Below are positions 39,186-52,200 of a DNA stretch of 64,000 nucleotides, in pieces. Every line of letters starts with the position of its first letter. Positions within the stretch are counted from its first letter, which is position 1. The stretch comes from Acanthaster planci (lineage: Eukaryota), in assembly GCF_001949145.1 (NCBI RefSeq), contig NW_019091355.1:1554546-1618545 (forward strand), written 5' to 3'. Below the pieces are notes generated by a model. It was not told where the DNA came from, searched no databases, and saw only the letters and a list, made by a program, of their open reading frames with translations. Position numbers and translations under genes: made by a program.

Positions 39186-42100
39186 ATGGCTGAAAAGTTG
39201 AAGGCGATCAGGGAGAAGTCCAAACAACGAAGAGCTTTACTTGCACAAACGGTAGGCCTAGGGTGTGGTATTTGTAAGTGAGCCAGCTCGATTTTGATAG
39301 GGATGTACTGACAATGACACAAACTGACGAAGTCACAATCTTAATCATGACAACGGCAGCGTCACACTGTGAGTGTAGGCCTACATGCTTGCGCTGCTGG
39401 AGCTTCATTGACATGAACAGTGACGTAATGATGTAAAACGTTAATTATGTTCGTGATTTGTCAGACTGGCATCAAAATTGCTGTGTATTTACTTTTCCCA
39501 CCAGTACCAACCCTTTGTGGTTAACCTCAACCCCCCAAACTTGCTGGCCCTAAACTTCCCCATTGAATGGGCCATACACACAAAGTTAAAAGTCCGTATG
39601 GGATTTTGTGCACAGAGGCTGTTGGACGTTGTTTTTCTGAGGTATGGCAAACCCATATGCACAAGCCAGCTGTTTGGGCCGACCAGACCTATCCCCACAG
39701 AATTAAACACTTTACTACTGTTTAATTATGTGTGGTTGGGGAAGGTTAGGGTTAATGGTTACTCTGTCAAAGTGAAAGTGTCATGTATCCTAGGCTAGCC
39801 TTTTGTAGGTACAGAGTAAAGTACTACTTTTAAATCGGGCCTAGGCCTACTGGTACTAGGTTTAGTCCCATAATAAAGCTGGTGTCGGCTTCGGGAAGAG
39901 TGCCTAGGCCTACATTTATTTGATATTTAGTAGCCTACACGTACATTTCCTTTGTTCAGTTGAATGTAACAGATGCCAATCAACTGAGCAGCGTTCTGAG
40001 CAGTAAAGAGGAACTGGAAACAAGAAGTAGTCTTGTCACACCCAAGGACGACCCCACCAGCACAAGGTATACCAGCAAATCCTCTAATTCATTATTGGTC
40101 TAAAATCAGTGTTGGATGCCATCAGTCAGTCATACAGGAATGAGATTTTCACCCAAAAATAAACCATCACAGTAACATAAAAATATGAACAAAAAGTCTT
40201 TAAGGTCCTTGCAGTGTGCACGCACATCTAAAACTACGCACAATGAGTAAAACTCCAAGAGAACAATTTTTACAAATGAGAGTATGTTTCATCTTTGCTT
40301 TAAACAGCACAGCAACATGTGTCACCTCCAGCCCTCCAACAAAGCGTAGACTTGCAGGGGATGCAGCTGAGGCGTTGACTGCCAGGAAAGAGACCCCTAC
40401 TAAGGTAAAGCACACCGTGGGTGTGACTGTTGGCTCCCTTGGCGATTTCCAAACTGTAGCTTCATCTTCAGATCTGTTGTCAGGACACTCTAGGCCCCTT
40501 GAATTGGGAGTCTCCAGCTTAATCCTCCCACCAGCAATTCAAACTTACACAGTTTTCTGATGTGGAAGTCTTTGAAGTCTTTAGTACTGCCACATTTTCA
40601 CTGCAGTGTCCTAGGGTAGCGAACGGAGAGCACTTCCAGAGTGTAATGAAGCACAGTAGAGCGAAGCTGCTCATTTTCTGTCTTGAGTTTATAACAAACA
40701 GAACAACAGTGACAGGTTTGGAAGTGGTAACTGTACCTGGCTCTGTTGGCAGTGGACCCTGACAAGGGCTGTGCTGACTCTCTGGACAAACATGTTGAGG
40801 TAGATTTTGAGGAGGTTTAATCAGCATTCTTGTTGGATCTAAGTGATTGATGCATTCTGTCGCCAGGACAACCCAGAGGAAGATGAAGATGACAGCTTGG
40901 TGGAGAAGGTCTATAAGGATTCCAGCACATTCCTTAAGGTAAGCTTTTACACCCTTCAGGGTCCGTAGAGGGGTGTTTTTTCTGCCACAGAATTTGGAAA
41001 AATAAAATGATGCTTAGTGGAACTGAATGCAGCTCAGTCTACAAGAGTTAACAGATCTTTCCTTTTCATCCATCCAGGGAACTCAAAGTGCAAATCCCCA
41101 CAATGACTACTGCCAACATTTTGTGGACACAGGTCAGCGGCCACAAAACTTTATTCGGGATGTGGGTAAGTTGACAGGATGACAAACTGTGAAGGTTTTT
41201 ACAAGCTACGGCCAGATTTATTTTACATAAACTGTCTTAAAGTAGCATCTCCAGTAGTACCAACCCTTTAACCTCAACCACTACCCATAATTCTTGCTTT
41301 AGGTAAGTGTGGTATAAAATTCATTCATGCTGAGTTAATTTTGGGGTTGCTAAAGGCACCTGGTGTTATTTTGTGGTACACGAATGCTCATGAGTGTTTT
41401 CCTTTCTCTCAGGACTTGCTGACCGATTTGAGGAGTACCCCAAGTTGAAGGAACTCATCCGTCTGAAAGATGAGCTGATAGCACGGACCAACTCCCCACC
41501 AATGTAAGTTTTTTCTTGATTTTTTTTTTTCCCCAAAGATATTTGCTCTTTAGTTGTAAGCTTCTCTGAGTTTAGCGAGATGTAGCATTTCTATACTAAT
41601 TGGCCATATCTGCAGGTACCTGCACTGTGACCTAGAGACCTTTGACCTTGCAGAGTTGAATCACAAGTTTGACGTCATATTGGTGGACCCACCTTTAGAG
41701 GAGTACCGACATCGACCTGGTGTCATGACCAACCAGAAGTTTTGGAGCTGGGATGAGGTGAGAGCAGTATATGAGCCTTAAATCACAAGTCAAGCTATTA
41801 GTTGTATTGCAAGTCAAATCACATGTCAAGTCACTAGTCAAATCACATGTCAAGTCACATGTCAAATCACATGTCAAGTCATAAGTCAAATCACGAGTCA
41901 AATCACATGTCAAGTCACATTGTACCTCAGATATAAGTCATATTTCAAGTCAAGCCAGAAGTCAGTTTGGAGTCTAGTGATGTGTCAAATCAGCTCAATT
42001 CAAATATCAAGTCCATACACAAGTCAATCCATACACAAATCAATTCATAAGTTACAAGCAAAAGGGAATGAATAACAACAGAAGAGTACCTTCGTCAGAG

Positions 42101-43793
42101 TTCAACTAAGTAGCTTACGGCTTGAATTGAGGGTGGATGACCTGTAATGAATTTGACGCAACACCTGCCGAAATTGTAAATTTCTTTACCACTCAGCAAG
42201 GGCACTAATGATTTTATATAGTACCTTGGCCAATACAATGATGGTTTGTGGGACCCACCTTGCTATCTGTGCAGTCTCTTGTTAATGGCGTTTGTGTTCC
42301 ATTTCAGATTATGCGTCTGGAGATTCCAGCAGTGGCAGCTCACCGTTCCTTCATCTTCCTTTGGATAGGGACCCTGGAGGGCCTGGATAAGGGGCGGCAG
42401 TGTCTGGCTGACTGGGGCTTCAGAAGATGTGAAGACATCAGCTGGATTAAGACAAATGCCAAGAACCCCGGTAGTGTCAGTCTGGAGACCAACGCCATCC
42501 TGCAGAGAACTAAGGTGGGTTTCAAATTCGTAGCCTGACCATTTACATGAAATGTCCGGAATTTTTTTCCCTACCGGATATCAAAATTTATGTCTGTCAA
42601 GAGCCAACATGGCTCATCAGGCCCAGCCAAGGTGAGTTAAACAGGTTTGCTCAAGGACACAAAGTGTGGGCCGGGCAGCAGCTGGATTCAAATTCCTGAC
42701 CCTTCTAATTATGAGTCACAAACCTTAACCACTAGGCTACTTTTCCCACGTTTGGTCTTTGACAGTAATAAATTTTACCCCGTTTTAGTGATCAGTGTCA
42801 TACTGCTGTTTGTGATATGTTTTGCTATGAATCAGAAACATTGTCAGGCATACCCATTCCATTGTTTAGGAACATTGCCTGATGGGTATCAAGGGCACAG
42901 TGCGACGTTCCACGGATGGGGATTTCATCCACGCCAATATTGACCTCGACGTGATCATAACGGAGGAACCCGAACCGGGTTCCTTGGATAAACCTGAAGA
43001 AATCTTCCACATCATTGAGCATTTCTGCTTAGGGCGGAGGCGGCTGCATATATTTGGCTCGGACAGCACCATTAGACCAGGTAGGCATAAATCGTTTTTT
43101 GAAGCAAGATGTTTCATTTTTTCCCTTTCTTTGCTGGGAATATTGCTTTTGTGGAATTTTACTCATCACTTTACACTGTGCATGAACTTGAAACTTTGTT
43201 CTGACATCAGTTATGATGGCAAGACACACTGTAAATGTTTATCACTTGTTGATTTCTTTGACGGGGGATATACAGTTGTTATACTCCAGGGTGAAACGAC
43301 TAAAAAGTACTTGTTACAGCTGTTGTGTTTGTATGTCATAGGTTGGTTGTCCATTGGACCAAAGATCACCAACAGCAACTTTGTCCAAGAGACCTACGAG
43401 AGCTACTTCAACAAGTCTCCCACAGACTACCTCACGGGCTGCAGCGAGGAGATTGAACGGCTCCGCCCAAAGTCCCCGCCCCCGAAGATCAAAGGTGGGG
43501 CTGCGGGGCGGGGTGGGCAGGGTGGCCGTGGCGGGCAAGGAGGGCGTGGCGGACAAGGTGGGAGAGGGGGACCAGGAGGGGCTCAAGGGGGCTGGCAAGG
43601 GGGGGGGAGGGGCGGAGGGGTTGGCGGGAGGGGCAGGGGGGGCGGNGGGCGTGGCGGACAAGGTGGGAGAGGGGGACCAGGAGGGGCTCAAGGGGGCTGG
43701 CAAGGGGGTGGGAGGGGCGGAGGGTTTGGCGGAAGGGGCAGGGGTGGCGGTCCGGGAAAGGGCAGGGGATTCCAAGGCAGGGGTGGTTTTTAA
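39186..43793 (+). CDS. METTL14: N6-adenosine methyltransferase non-catalytic subunit METTL14, 10 exons, about 510 aa as assembled
   Basis: Exons 39186-39251, 39960-40066, 40308-40404, 40867-40938, 41078-41165, 41413-41503, 41616-41757, 42308-42514, 42870-43080, 43342-43793. Diagnostic peptides: [96 protein letters not shown], and a C-terminal RGG tail. Confidence 0.97.
41780..41960. repeat. 12-bp minisatellite in METTL14 intron 7
   Basis: Unit A(A/G)TCACATGTCA with variants, about 10 good copies decaying at both edges. Confidence 0.85.
42620..42740 (-). mobile_element. tRNA-derived SINE fragment in METTL14 intron 8
   Basis: Minus strand reads GTAGCCTAGTGGTTAAGG (A box) ... GGAATTTGAATCC (degenerate B box) ... 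GTGTCCTTGAGCAA..TTAAC, a body motif common in animal tRNA SINEs. No intact cloverleaf is evident. Confidence 0.65.
43542..43751 (+). repeat. 105-bp tandem duplication in the METTL14 RGG tail, joined at a single N (43646)
   Basis: GGGCGTGGCGGACAAGGTGGGAGAGGGGGACCAGG... begins at both 43542 and 43647. Confidence 0.85.
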
Positions 43794-44082
43794 AGAAGCT
43801 TTTTACTTCTTAAACGATAGGCATGTCACTGGAGTTGTTTTGAGCACACCAGCACTTAAGTGGTGCACTTGCTGGGACTGTACATGTAGACGGTGTGTTG
43901 AGGCTTGCTGGAGGCAGTTTTAGGATCACGTCTTGGTCGTCTGGAGTTAGCAACTTCCATGGACATTGACTTTGTGGGAGGAAGGTGAATGAAGTTTGCA
44001 CTCACGTTTTGCAAAGCCTGATGGTAATATCGTCATTTATATTGGAAGGGAGTGTAGGGAATGCATGTACATTAAAAGCCAT

Positions 44083-44202
44083 TGGTCTATTAGAGGGTTT
44101 GCATGGCTGCCATCTTGCAGGCCAGTGCTTTTGTTCCACAGGGTATGCACAAAGGAGGTTTCTCATCAAGATGGCTACCACACAAAGCCTCTATAGAGGC
44201 CA
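44083..44202. mobile_element. Palindromic MITE-like element, copy 2 (METTL14 3' region)
   Basis: Imperfect terminal inverted repeats TGGTCTATTAGAGGGTTTGCATGGCTGCCATCTTG / CAAGATGGCTACCACACAAAGCCTCTATAGAGGCCA; inverted homolog of copy 1. Confidence 0.7.
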
Positions 44203-45353
44203 TTGTGCTATCTGTTTGACCCGGAATATGTACAGTAACCAAGCATTTTGTACACCATCAGTAACATTTATTCTTTTTTCATAACTGCCGTCTCTTGAAA
44301 CAGTCTTGTACAGCAAGAAACTGATCCTGATGTTCTACATCTGCCTTATTTCTTGTTTGCCTTTTTGCAAAAACACTGGCTTAGTCTTGCATACATGTCG
44401 CTATTAGCTTGACACCAACATGCTGAACAAGGTCGATGAAGAATACTGCAGGCTTAAGAAGAAACCTGGATTGTGAAAAACATTTGTCCATTCATTGACT
44501 GAGGTCAGAATCTTGGACTTGTTTTTTAAATGCACAACCCACAGCATAAAGGATAAGCTCTAAGGTCCCAGACTGTTGTCAAATATTACCGTCACTGGCT
44601 TTTTTTATTAACGTGAAAGCCACCAGTCTACCAAACTGAAACAAGGGCCGTTTCCCAATACTCAACTTCGGCTCCGTCTAAGGCTTCAACTGTTTTTACT
44701 ACCTGACTTTGAAGCTGTACGCGCAGTAATTAGTCTAATAGTGCCACAAAACATCAAATAAGATGCAAGAGAGCAAAAACTTACAGTAATCCAATTTGGT
44801 TTAAACGCTTCAGGCCCACAACCGGGGATTGGTTTCGGGACGAAGCCTGAGACAGAGACGAAGTTGAGTACTGGAAAACGGCCAAGGAATTGTAATAAAA
44901 TGCAAATGGTGCACGTAAACGTGTGGACTTTGTTTTGATTTTTCTTATGAAGCCAAAATGTATCATCTTAAAACCGCGAAAACATACGTTTGTGTATTTA
45001 CAAATAATTACAACTGTCGTGGCATGATAAAATACAAAGGTAAAATATTTATTTACAGTTGTGAGTCGTTAAAATGAAATCCAATTGAGCAATGATTGGA
45101 GACAGAACTTGGACAAACACGATAGGTGAAGTGACTACATAGCAGTGGTGTCTGCTTTTTTTTAAAACTTTCAGTGCCACGGAAACCTGTGTTGTACTCG
45201 TGCAAACTCTTGAGTAATAAGTTGAATCATTTTATCGTTGGCAGTGCTACTGATCAAATCGTCGTTCAACAAAGATTTATTCATTCCTAAGCCAAATAAT
45301 GCCACCCCTCTGTTAAATTTGAATTTAAAAGGATGCAGCTTTTGCAGCTAATG

Positions 45354-45579
45354 NNNNNNNNNNNNNNNNNNNNNNNNNNNNNNNNNNNNNNNNNNNNNNN
45401 NNNNNNNNNNNNNNNNNNNNNNNNNNNNNNNNNNNNNNNNNNNNNNNNNNNNNNNNNNNNNNNNNNNNNNNNNNNNNNNNNNNNNNNNNNNNNNNNNNNN
45501 NNNNNNNNNNNNNNNNNNNNNNNNNNNNNNNNNNNNNNNNNNNNNNNNNNNNNNNNNNNNNNNNNNNNNNNNNNNNNNN
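45354..45579. other. Assembly gap (N run)
   Basis: Run of n characters. Confidence 1.
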
Positions 45580-46218
45580 CGCATATAAATTGATTAAATA
45601 TTATTTTAAAAGATTACGTGGATTAAATCAAGCACAAAATATTTCTGAACCATATACATCCAGATGGTAAGCTTTTTTTTTTAAATTAAACCTGACCAGC
45701 TGGACGTGCTGCATTTTTAATGAAACCAAATTTGTGGGATACAATACAGTTTAAGAAATACTGATTTTTTGTTCATTTTTGCATCTTTAATCACCTCATT
45801 GCTTTTAATTGTCCAATTCTGCAAAAGTAGAGGTCTGAAAACTTATCTGTGCCTTTATTCAAATTCTTGTCCACAGTAACATGACCTGCAAACTCACACA
45901 CATATTCAGTAAAATATGTTTAAAATGCAACAACCTCAGTGTAGATGACTTACTAAATGAACATATCATAGCTCATGCATATTATACTTTCCAACAAAGC
46001 CCTTTTGCCAATAAACGGAACACTACATCCTGACTGAACAAACTTTTACAACAAAATCATTTCTGCGGATCTGGCCAGCCCCTTACGAGCTATTTCCAAA
46101 ATCTTGGCTTGAATGGTTGGTGTGAGATGAGTCCACAGATTGGTCTTGACTAAGCCGAGATTCACTGGCCATCTGTAGTTCACGAGCCAATCCCATTACC
46201 TGCAGTCGGGTGAAATAC

Positions 46219-49200
46219 TCATGGCGCTTTGACGTCAGCATTGAACGTCTCAGTCAGGAATTTGTTGTAGTTGATCTTGCCGTCCATCTTCTCATCAAAT
46301 TCTGACATGACGTGATAGACCTCATCCTCATCAAGCACCATGTTGCACAATCTCAGGACGTTGCGGAACTCCGGCAGGGACAAGTAGCCTGTGTGGCCTA
46401 GATCCATCTTCTTGAAGGCACGGCGAAGGGTTCTCCAGTCGCCCACCAACTATAAGATGGAAAACATGACAAACTTTCACGAATAAAGATGGAGATTTGG
46501 AAGTGAAAAACTCTGCAGAACTCTTTGAAAAACTCTTGGCTGGTGCAGATCTAGGACTTTACTGATTTGATGATGATTTCATTCACCCTTGGCTTAAAAA
46601 CCATTAACTTTGACAAGATTAAATGGACAGGATATCCAACGTAAAGGTGTGAGGTTAATTAATCAATCAAGATGCCACCCGTTTGTACTCATTTAGCTGA
46701 CAAATGGTCAGGTTCCTACTATACCATTCTCTAAAGCATGAACGTGATGTGCATGTCCTTTCATCACTCTTGAGTATAGGTCACATGTATGGAGCAATTC
46801 AAAGCTCCTGCTGAGTACTCACCCTCTGTCTAAGCCGAGCAGTGATGCCGCTTAGCCCTTTGACTGGCTCGTTGACGATGGGTGCGATGGGTACCTCAGC
46901 CTGGGGGTGCGTCAGCAATGACAGCATGTTATTGCCGTAGCGATGGGTCTGCTTCCGCAAGGCAAACGGTTTCAGGAATTCAACATAGGACACCCTACGC
47001 AATGAAAAAGGAATGTGTATGCAAAGTTATTCAAACAAACAGGTCTAAGGGGCAAAAAGGTAAAACAGACGAGCTTGTAAAAATCATTAAACCACTTCAA
47101 ACAAGAGGACAGGCAACCTTCAAAGATTGTCTGCCATGTCCATAGCAACGGACCATGTATGGTATCCTCTGTCTGCTATTGCATATGGACTGTCATCTTA
47201 GCAACCATTGAAAGTGTCCAAAAGGCAAAGTTCGAGCACAAACTATAGCACACAAACTGTGTAAAATGACTCTCACCTGCCATCTTGTTTGATCTCAAAT
47301 TTACTGCACAGGGCATCAAGCTCATACGGACTGAGATGTACACAGAGTTCTTGTAGAACATCTCGGAATTCCTCCTTGCTGATGAAGCCGGTACCATAAA
47401 CGTCCAGGCCCAAGAATTCCTTCCTAAGATCGTCCCACATGTAATCAACCTACAGAGAAAATTTCACCAAAAAATGAAGAATTTAACCTGATTTTACAAC
47501 TATTTCTGATGAAGTGAATTTAATTGTTTCCATTTGTAAAATTTCTGTACTTTTTTAACATTTTCATTTTGCAGACTTGTTTTCATGTCAACTTGTCAGG
47601 AATTTTTTGACTGATCCATGATCGTTTCCATGTTGAAACTTATTTCATAATATTCAGACCGTAAACCATCTTTGCATAAAAGAACTTGCCAAAAACTCAG
47701 CTCATGTTTATTCATTATTCTCACCTTTGACCTGAGGTTGTCCTCAAGCATATCGGCGGCACAGTTAAGTTTCCGGGACCTGATGAGGAAATCAGAGTCC
47801 CCTCTCTTGGGCGGGGAGATCTTGGCATTGGGGAAGGCGGCCGATTTCATGGAGTAGCCGAAATGGCGGACAAATTCCAGGAAGCTGTAAGTCCGGTTCT
47901 GGGAGGTGATGAAGGTGTCCCAAAGACGACGGATCTCTCCCCTCGTTATCTCTGGCTTCATGTTCAGTCTTTAAAATGGAGAACAACATGATAGGAACAT
48001 GAATAAGCGAGCTGATCAGCCCAAAAATAATTGTCAATTCTTGAGTGTTTATGAACAAAGAGACTGCACTTTTACTGACTAGGTTTGACTAAGTGGAAAA
48101 AAATTATGGCAGACGTATGAAAGTTACTCATTTGTCCCACAAATGTTACCGTCAAGAAGTTATTCAGGGTACTGGCAATCAAACAGATATTTAAAACTGA
48201 ATAAATTTGCTTTGTTTTTCACCTGAACTGTGAATGATCCAAACGATAGAATTGCAAAGTATTTATAAAAGGCAAATATAATCCGTCACTGAATGAAAGC
48301 GCATAATATAAAACAACTCATTCAAGCACTGCCAATTTTGAGCCCAATTGTATACATTAACAGCTAAACTTGCAATAATGGTCAGATACTAATTTGACCG
48401 CCAGCCCTGGATTAAATACAGACATGATTTCATTCCTAAGCAAACTGAACTAGGGTTTTTTCCACTTACTTCTTAAACATTCTAAACATCATTTCTTGGG
48501 TCATGTGTTTTGTGTTCTGCTCATCTAGCTCACGGAAGACTTCCTCGACCTCTGTGAAGCGATCTCGTAAAAGAGCTTTGACGGCGGCCGAAATCTGCAG
48601 AGAGCAATCCAAACAACAAGTCCACGTCAACCATATTTTTTTTCTTGAACTCCTCCAAATATTGGAGAATTTGAACTTGAATTTGTCCAATCACGATCTA
48701 TTCTATAACCATCTTATTAACCAGCTAACCGTCGTTCAGGAAACCAAGAAACTTGCAACCTCTTTACAAGTACTTATCAAGGAACACATCAGCACTGTCT
48801 ACCGAAAAGTTCAAAGCATGCTCCAGACAGACTCACCTCTTTCAGGGGCCTGCCCTTCTTGAACTCCTCAAAGTCCATCGGTTCCTCATAGCTGTCCCGT
48901 AGTCCTGTGGGTCCTTGGTCCATTGCCATGTCCTCCGGACTGGATGACCTGTTGTAGACAGATTTGGTATCCAGCAGACTTGGTGCCACTCCACCCCTAC
49001 AAGGGAACAAGATAAAAACAATTGACTACGATCTTGATTTATGGCCAGTCTTAATTGTTTTATTTTTTCTGAATTGTGTTCCAAGTTACTGAGCCATGTC
49101 CTCATTAGCTCAGGGCTCTCACCTTGTGTCAAAGTCGGCCATGAAGTCTACATACTTCACGTTACCCTCGTCATCCAGTGGCAGCCTATCCACAAGTGCT

Positions 49201-52200
49201 CCAAACTCCTCGTCAGTCATGTCGATGTTGTACCGGCTCTGAATGGCGGCACGGAATTCCTGTTGGCTGATCACGTTGGTCCGCAGCTTGTCAATTTTGC
49301 TGCAGAATGAACAGAATGACTCGTGATAAATGAAGCAAATAAATGAAAATCTGACACACAAAATGCACACTTGGAAAGACATTACTCTGTCTCACAGACA
49401 CAACAGTGTCCTCAAAAGGACATATCATGTCCTCAGATGTTAAAATACACATTGTCTTGTGACATTTTAGGGGCTTTCAAAACATCCTGTCGCATTTTTC
49501 CTGATGGTCTCCTATAAGCACCATATAAATAGCGCACAATATTCCCATTGAGTCCACAAAGTCCAAATTGCAACACCAATCACTTCTAACCTAGGTCCAG
49601 GTGCATTCTTGTCTGTTCTTTTGTGCACATTAAAAACTAGTCACACGCCTCTACGCTATTCCCATGTATGCATGAGTGATAATTCATCCATGGCTCTAGC
49701 ATGTTGGAAATTCCTGCGAGGACTCGAGACAGGACGGGAAGCATGACAAATGACAAATGCTTCTGCAAACTTACTGAAACATGCCAAGAAGAGCCAGGAA
49801 ATCAGTCTGGAAGAGACCCATCATCCTCGCTTCTGCTGCTGTCACGTTGGTCGCTGCACCCGGACTGTCCGCTCGCACACTCCGGTTGTACCTGAAGAGA
49901 TCAACATGCAATTCCATACAATGAACATCTGTCTGATACTCGGTCAGCAAGCTCGCAAGTTCACTTTGAATGATAGTTATGTGTGGCTTTAGCTGAGTTG
50001 GCTACATAATTAAAACATCTGTTTAAATTACAATGTTTGACTTGCAGGTTATGGTTTTCAGCTAAAAACAGGTTTCTAAATACATTTAAAGCTCAGAATG
50101 AGAAATGAGTTTAAGTAGCTTCACTCAGCATTGCTCCAAAGTGCTTTTGCTCAAGAGGAGTTCAATAAATTAAGTGTCAGATTCAAATAGATATTCCTTC
50201 AATGTCTTCCCTCTGTTAGACCTCAAAACTGTAACGCCAAGCGCACTTTTAAAGAACCCCTGATTTCATTACAGACCAAAAGAAACCAAATAATAGTCTT
50301 AGCTGCTAAGTATGAAGTGACTCACATGTGTTCAGGATTCAGGAGGATCTTGTGTGGCAGTCCAGCATCGCTACGATCCTGGAACCTTTGCAGAAAGTCC
50401 AGATAAGACACAGCCCTTGTCTTGGGGTGGACAGTCAAGTTGCAGCGGGACAAGAAGGCATCCAGTTGCATCGTGTCCAGCTTGAGATCAAAACGTTCCA
50501 GAACTTCACGAAACTTGGAAAGCTCCACCTAATAATAAGACAATTCAGACATCTTGCATAAAATCCTATAATTCCCTTTCTTGGATGTGATGGTCTTAAT
50601 CTTCTGTAGATTTTATGTCTTGATACTAGCTTAGAGAAAAGTCTGTCATGTTGGACAGTTAAGATCTATAAAAAGTGAATCCAACCTTCGATTTAGTGAG
50701 GAGTTCAACATGGAAACATTAGAGGTTAATTTTTAAGACAATAGTAAGTTTGGATTCTTTTTCTGATGGATTGAGCTGCAATGTTCTCACCTCTCCTTTC
50801 TTCTCAATGTCGTACTTCTCAAAGTCCTTCTTCATCTTGTAGTAACCCTGTCTGAATTTATCCTTCAGCCATCGCTCAATGTCCAGAGACTTTGACCGCT
50901 CAGCCTCCAGCCGACGAGGTCTCCTAGCTATATTTTGAAGGAAAAAAGAAGTTATTCTCGATTTCAAAATTCCTAAAAAAAATCCAGATTTAAACGTGGG
51001 ATGGGGCTACTACAATTTGAAGTTAGTACTTGTTGGACACATGCAGAGTTTTCAAAAATTTCATTTTAGAAATTTAGGAATTGACATTTTATGAGTAACC
51101 ATAAATACCTTTCAGGACATACCATTTTCAATGTAATTGATATAAATAAAGGGATAGAAAGAAGTTGAAGTAGTCAGACAGGAATGAAAAGGGATCTAAG
51201 AAAGTTTTCCATTGCCTAATCTCCTTCAATTTTCATTGAAATCTCTCTGTTTATTCTTCTGAAGTCCGGAGTACAAAATGATAACACATAACAACCACTG
51301 AAACATATTGGTGTGGAGATAAAAGGCATTTTTACCAGCTGATGTTGGGCACTTGTGTCAACTAGATGATGGCCCCTGAATTACCCTCTGGCAAAGTGAT
51401 TAATCTTTATCCTAACATCTGGCCACTTACGTGATCCCCTTGGGCTGAGTTCGGGGCTGCCTGCTCCTGATCTGAAGCCCTCTTCAAGTGGCATGGCAGT
51501 GCCCGATCGTAGACTGATGCCCAATTTATTCACCAACCGCTCACCCTTGATGACACCTAGCCCATCGGTGTCATACCTAAATGAAGAATTGCATGAATAC
51601 AATGCTTTTACTGGAACGTATTATTTTCCAAGTATAAATTGCATATTTTTAAACACTTTCAAAAATCTCTGCAACAATAAACAATTCCACTTTGTACCTA
51701 TTCCACAGCTTCTCAAACTCATCGTCATCCATAAAAAAGAGCATCTTGTTGAGGGCGTTCCTGAACTCGGGTTTTAGGATGCGACCTGTACCTCCAGGGT
51801 TCATTTGAGGGATCATCTCTGCAACATCCAGGAACCTGAAGAGACATTCAGACAAAAGATGAGAAGTCAGAAGCTTCTAAAACTGTGAAAGCAATAAAAT
51901 GCTGCAGATGAACCACGGGATAAACCAAGAAAATTAATTATTTTAAGAAGCAATTTCATCAAACCATCAGTTACATTCTTAAATTTGGTAAAAACGATTT
52001 TTTGTGTGTGTTTGGATGTTTCTTCAGAGGACTTCTTAAACGGAGGTCCACCTACCTTTGTCTGGCTTTCTCCTTTAGCTGTGCATGGACCTGTGTGGCC
52101 GACATTGTAATCTTGTCGGCTGGCCCTCTGTTGACGGGATCCATCCAGGCGGGCATCTCATTCCGGGTGATGGTTTCCCTCAAGCAGGCATAAAAGTCCT

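Noticed and set aside
41780..41960. Possible CRISPR-like array
   Set aside because: Contiguous 12-bp units without spacers, in an animal intron.
42660..42740. Possible tRNA gene
   Set aside because: Degenerate B box and SINE body; called as a SINE instead.
45333..45593. ORFs spanning N runs (also 59728-60147)
   Set aside because: Gap artefacts, apart from the real RUFY terminal exon at 59735-59872.
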